From: Deinococcales bacterium | Lineage (GTDB): Bacteria; Deinococcota; Deinococci; Deinococcales; JAAFIG01 | Reading direction: 5' to 3' | DNA: 19,405 nucleotides | Assembly: GCA_043778225.1 (NCBI GenBank) | Contig: JAYWGM010000068.1 | Span: 1-19,405 of the forward strand | Shown here: positions 18,192 through 19,405 of the stretch, in pieces | Numbering within the stretch: the first letter of the stretch is position 1 | Layout of the letters: every line of letters begins with the position of its first letter | The notes under the pieces: model-generated | Database searches by the model: none | What the model saw: the letters and a program-made list of their open reading frames with translations, nothing else | Told to the model about the DNA's origin: nothing | Program-made: the position numbers and the translations under genes

Positions 18192-18446
18192 TTAGGCTTC
18201 GACCCGTTTTTTACCGGGAACATTGGTTTGCTGCATCTGCGAAGCCGCTTGTCCGACTTGCACCCCAAACATCCATGCCAAGCGGTGCATAAACGACACG
18301 GTTTCGTAGTCGCCAGCCAGAACTCGGTCACGCATATAGGCATCCACACCAGTCGGAAATTGGACACCTTTGACTTCTTCGCCATTGTGCTGTTTCATGC
18401 GTTCGATAAATGCCCGAACCTCGGCTAAACCCTCGGCTTCTTTCAT
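18192..18446 (-). CDS. ddrH: Small Deinococcus DdrH-like protein
   Basis: 84 aa. The segments FMHRLAWMFGVQVGQAA and C-terminal KRVEA resemble my recollection of Deinococcus DdrH; not verified by search. Leaderless TACACT (18453-18458) lies 6 nt before the ATG. Confidence 0.65.
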   Translation of the reverse strand: MKEAEGLAEVRAFIERMKQHNGEEVKGVQFPTGVDAYMRDRVLAGDYETVSFMHRLAWMFGVQVGQAASQMQQTNVPGKKRVEA

Positions 18447-18495
18447 GGTCTTAGTGTAATACTTTTATGGCACGAATGCGTAGCGCCAAACACGA

Positions 18496-19404
18496 TTAGG
18501 TATTTTCGTCATCCTCGAGTAAAGGCAGCGTAATTGTAAAAACCGTGCCTTGACCCAGTTCAGACTGCACTGCCACCGTACCACCATGGACTTTAGCAAT
18601 TTGCGCTACAATCGCTAAGCCCAGCCCCGCGCCTCTCGAGGTTGCGCCTTTGACAAATTTTTCAAAAATATGCGGCAGCAACTCTGGGGCAATTCCAGCC
18701 CCCTGGTCGGTCACAATAAACTCAAGTTTTTGCCCAACACGCCGCGTCTCGAGTTGGACTTTTTGCACGCCTGCGGCTCGGACAGCATTGGAGGTCAGGT
18801 TACGCAACAACTGGGCTAATCGGTCGGGGTCGCCAAGTAGCTCGAGCGATTCTTGGGGAAATTTTAGGTTGGTGATGTTAAATTCGCTGGCGACTCCCGC
18901 CATTAAATCCTTGGCATCCAAAACAAAAGGCACAAGTTCTTGAACCACTTCACCGCGCGAGAGTTGCAGTAAATCCGAGACCAAACGGGTCATGTTCTTG
19001 GCAACTCGAGTCGCATCATCAAGAATTTTCTGACTTTCTGGGCTGGCATCGCGCTTAGCTTGGCGCACATACCCTTCAAAGGCAGTCACGGGAGTGCGAA
19101 GCTCATGGGCAACTTCGGCAAGAAAAGTTTTTTGGGCCGCAAAAGCCCCATTTAAGCGCAAGACAAGTCGGTTTAGGGTTTCGACCAAAACTCCGAGTTC
19201 GTCCCGAGCGCCGTTGTATAGCAGTGGCTTTAAGTTGGATTCGCTTAAATCTTGGGCTTGGCGGGCCACACTAATCAGCGGACGTAAACCCAATTGGGTC
19301 AGCAGATAGCCACCGAGCAAGGCCAGCAGCACCAAAATTGCGGTCACAATCAGGGTTGCAACCTGCACCCGCGATGCCAAATTATTGATGTACTGGGTGC
19401 TGGC
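18496..19404 (-). CDS. Membrane sensor histidine kinase (TM-HAMP-HisKA-HATPase), 5' end outside the window
   Basis: HAMP motif RDELGVLVETLN, H-box AHELRTP, N-box NLTSNAVR and G-boxes DQGAGI / GAGLGLAI. The frame stays open to the window edge (...ASTQYINNLASRV). Confidence 0.92.
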   Translation of the reverse strand, partial: ASTQYINNLASRVQVATLIVTAILVLLALLGGYLLTQLGLRPLISVARQAQDLSESNLKPLLYNGARDELGVLVETLNRLVLRLNGAFAAQKTFLAEVAHELRTPVTAFEGYVRQAKRDASPESQKILDDATRVAKNMTRLVSDLLQLSRGEVVQELVPFVLDAKDLMAGVASEFNITNLKFPQESLELLGDPDRLAQLLRNLTSNAVRAAGVQKVQLETRRVGQKLEFIVTDQGAGIAPELLPHIFEKFVKGATSRGAGLGLAIVAQIAKVHGGTVAVQSELGQGTVFTITLPLLEDDENT

Positions 19405-19405
19405 G

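Overview
Chromosomal segment (roughly 50% GC) most likely from a Deinococcota bacterium (Deinococcales-like). The assignment rests on a Deinococcus-type CrtI insert, a DdrH-like protein and many leaderless genes with a -10 box 6-7 nt before the start codon. Gene order: histidine phosphatase, sbcC, crtI, fabI, an iorAB-type molybdoenzyme, a secreted DipZ-like redoxin, tRNA-Gly(TCC), a MacB/LolD-type ABC pair, a TlpA redoxin coupled to a secreted hypothetical protein, hisC, a GHL10 hydrolase, an Lrp regulator divergent from ald, a ddrH-like gene and a sensor kinase cut by the window edge. I saw no transposase, integrase or CRISPR array. The strongest signal is not a gene: the palindrome CTCGAG occurs about 130 times by hand count, roughly once per 150 bp against about 5 expected. 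It lies in all three reading frames, in promoters and in a terminator, like a HIP1-type highly iterated palindrome. Second, SbcC is lengthened by matched 116-aa (348-nt) duplications in both coiled-coil arms around the zinc hook, and two of the copies differ by an indel that aligns as exactly CTCGAG.
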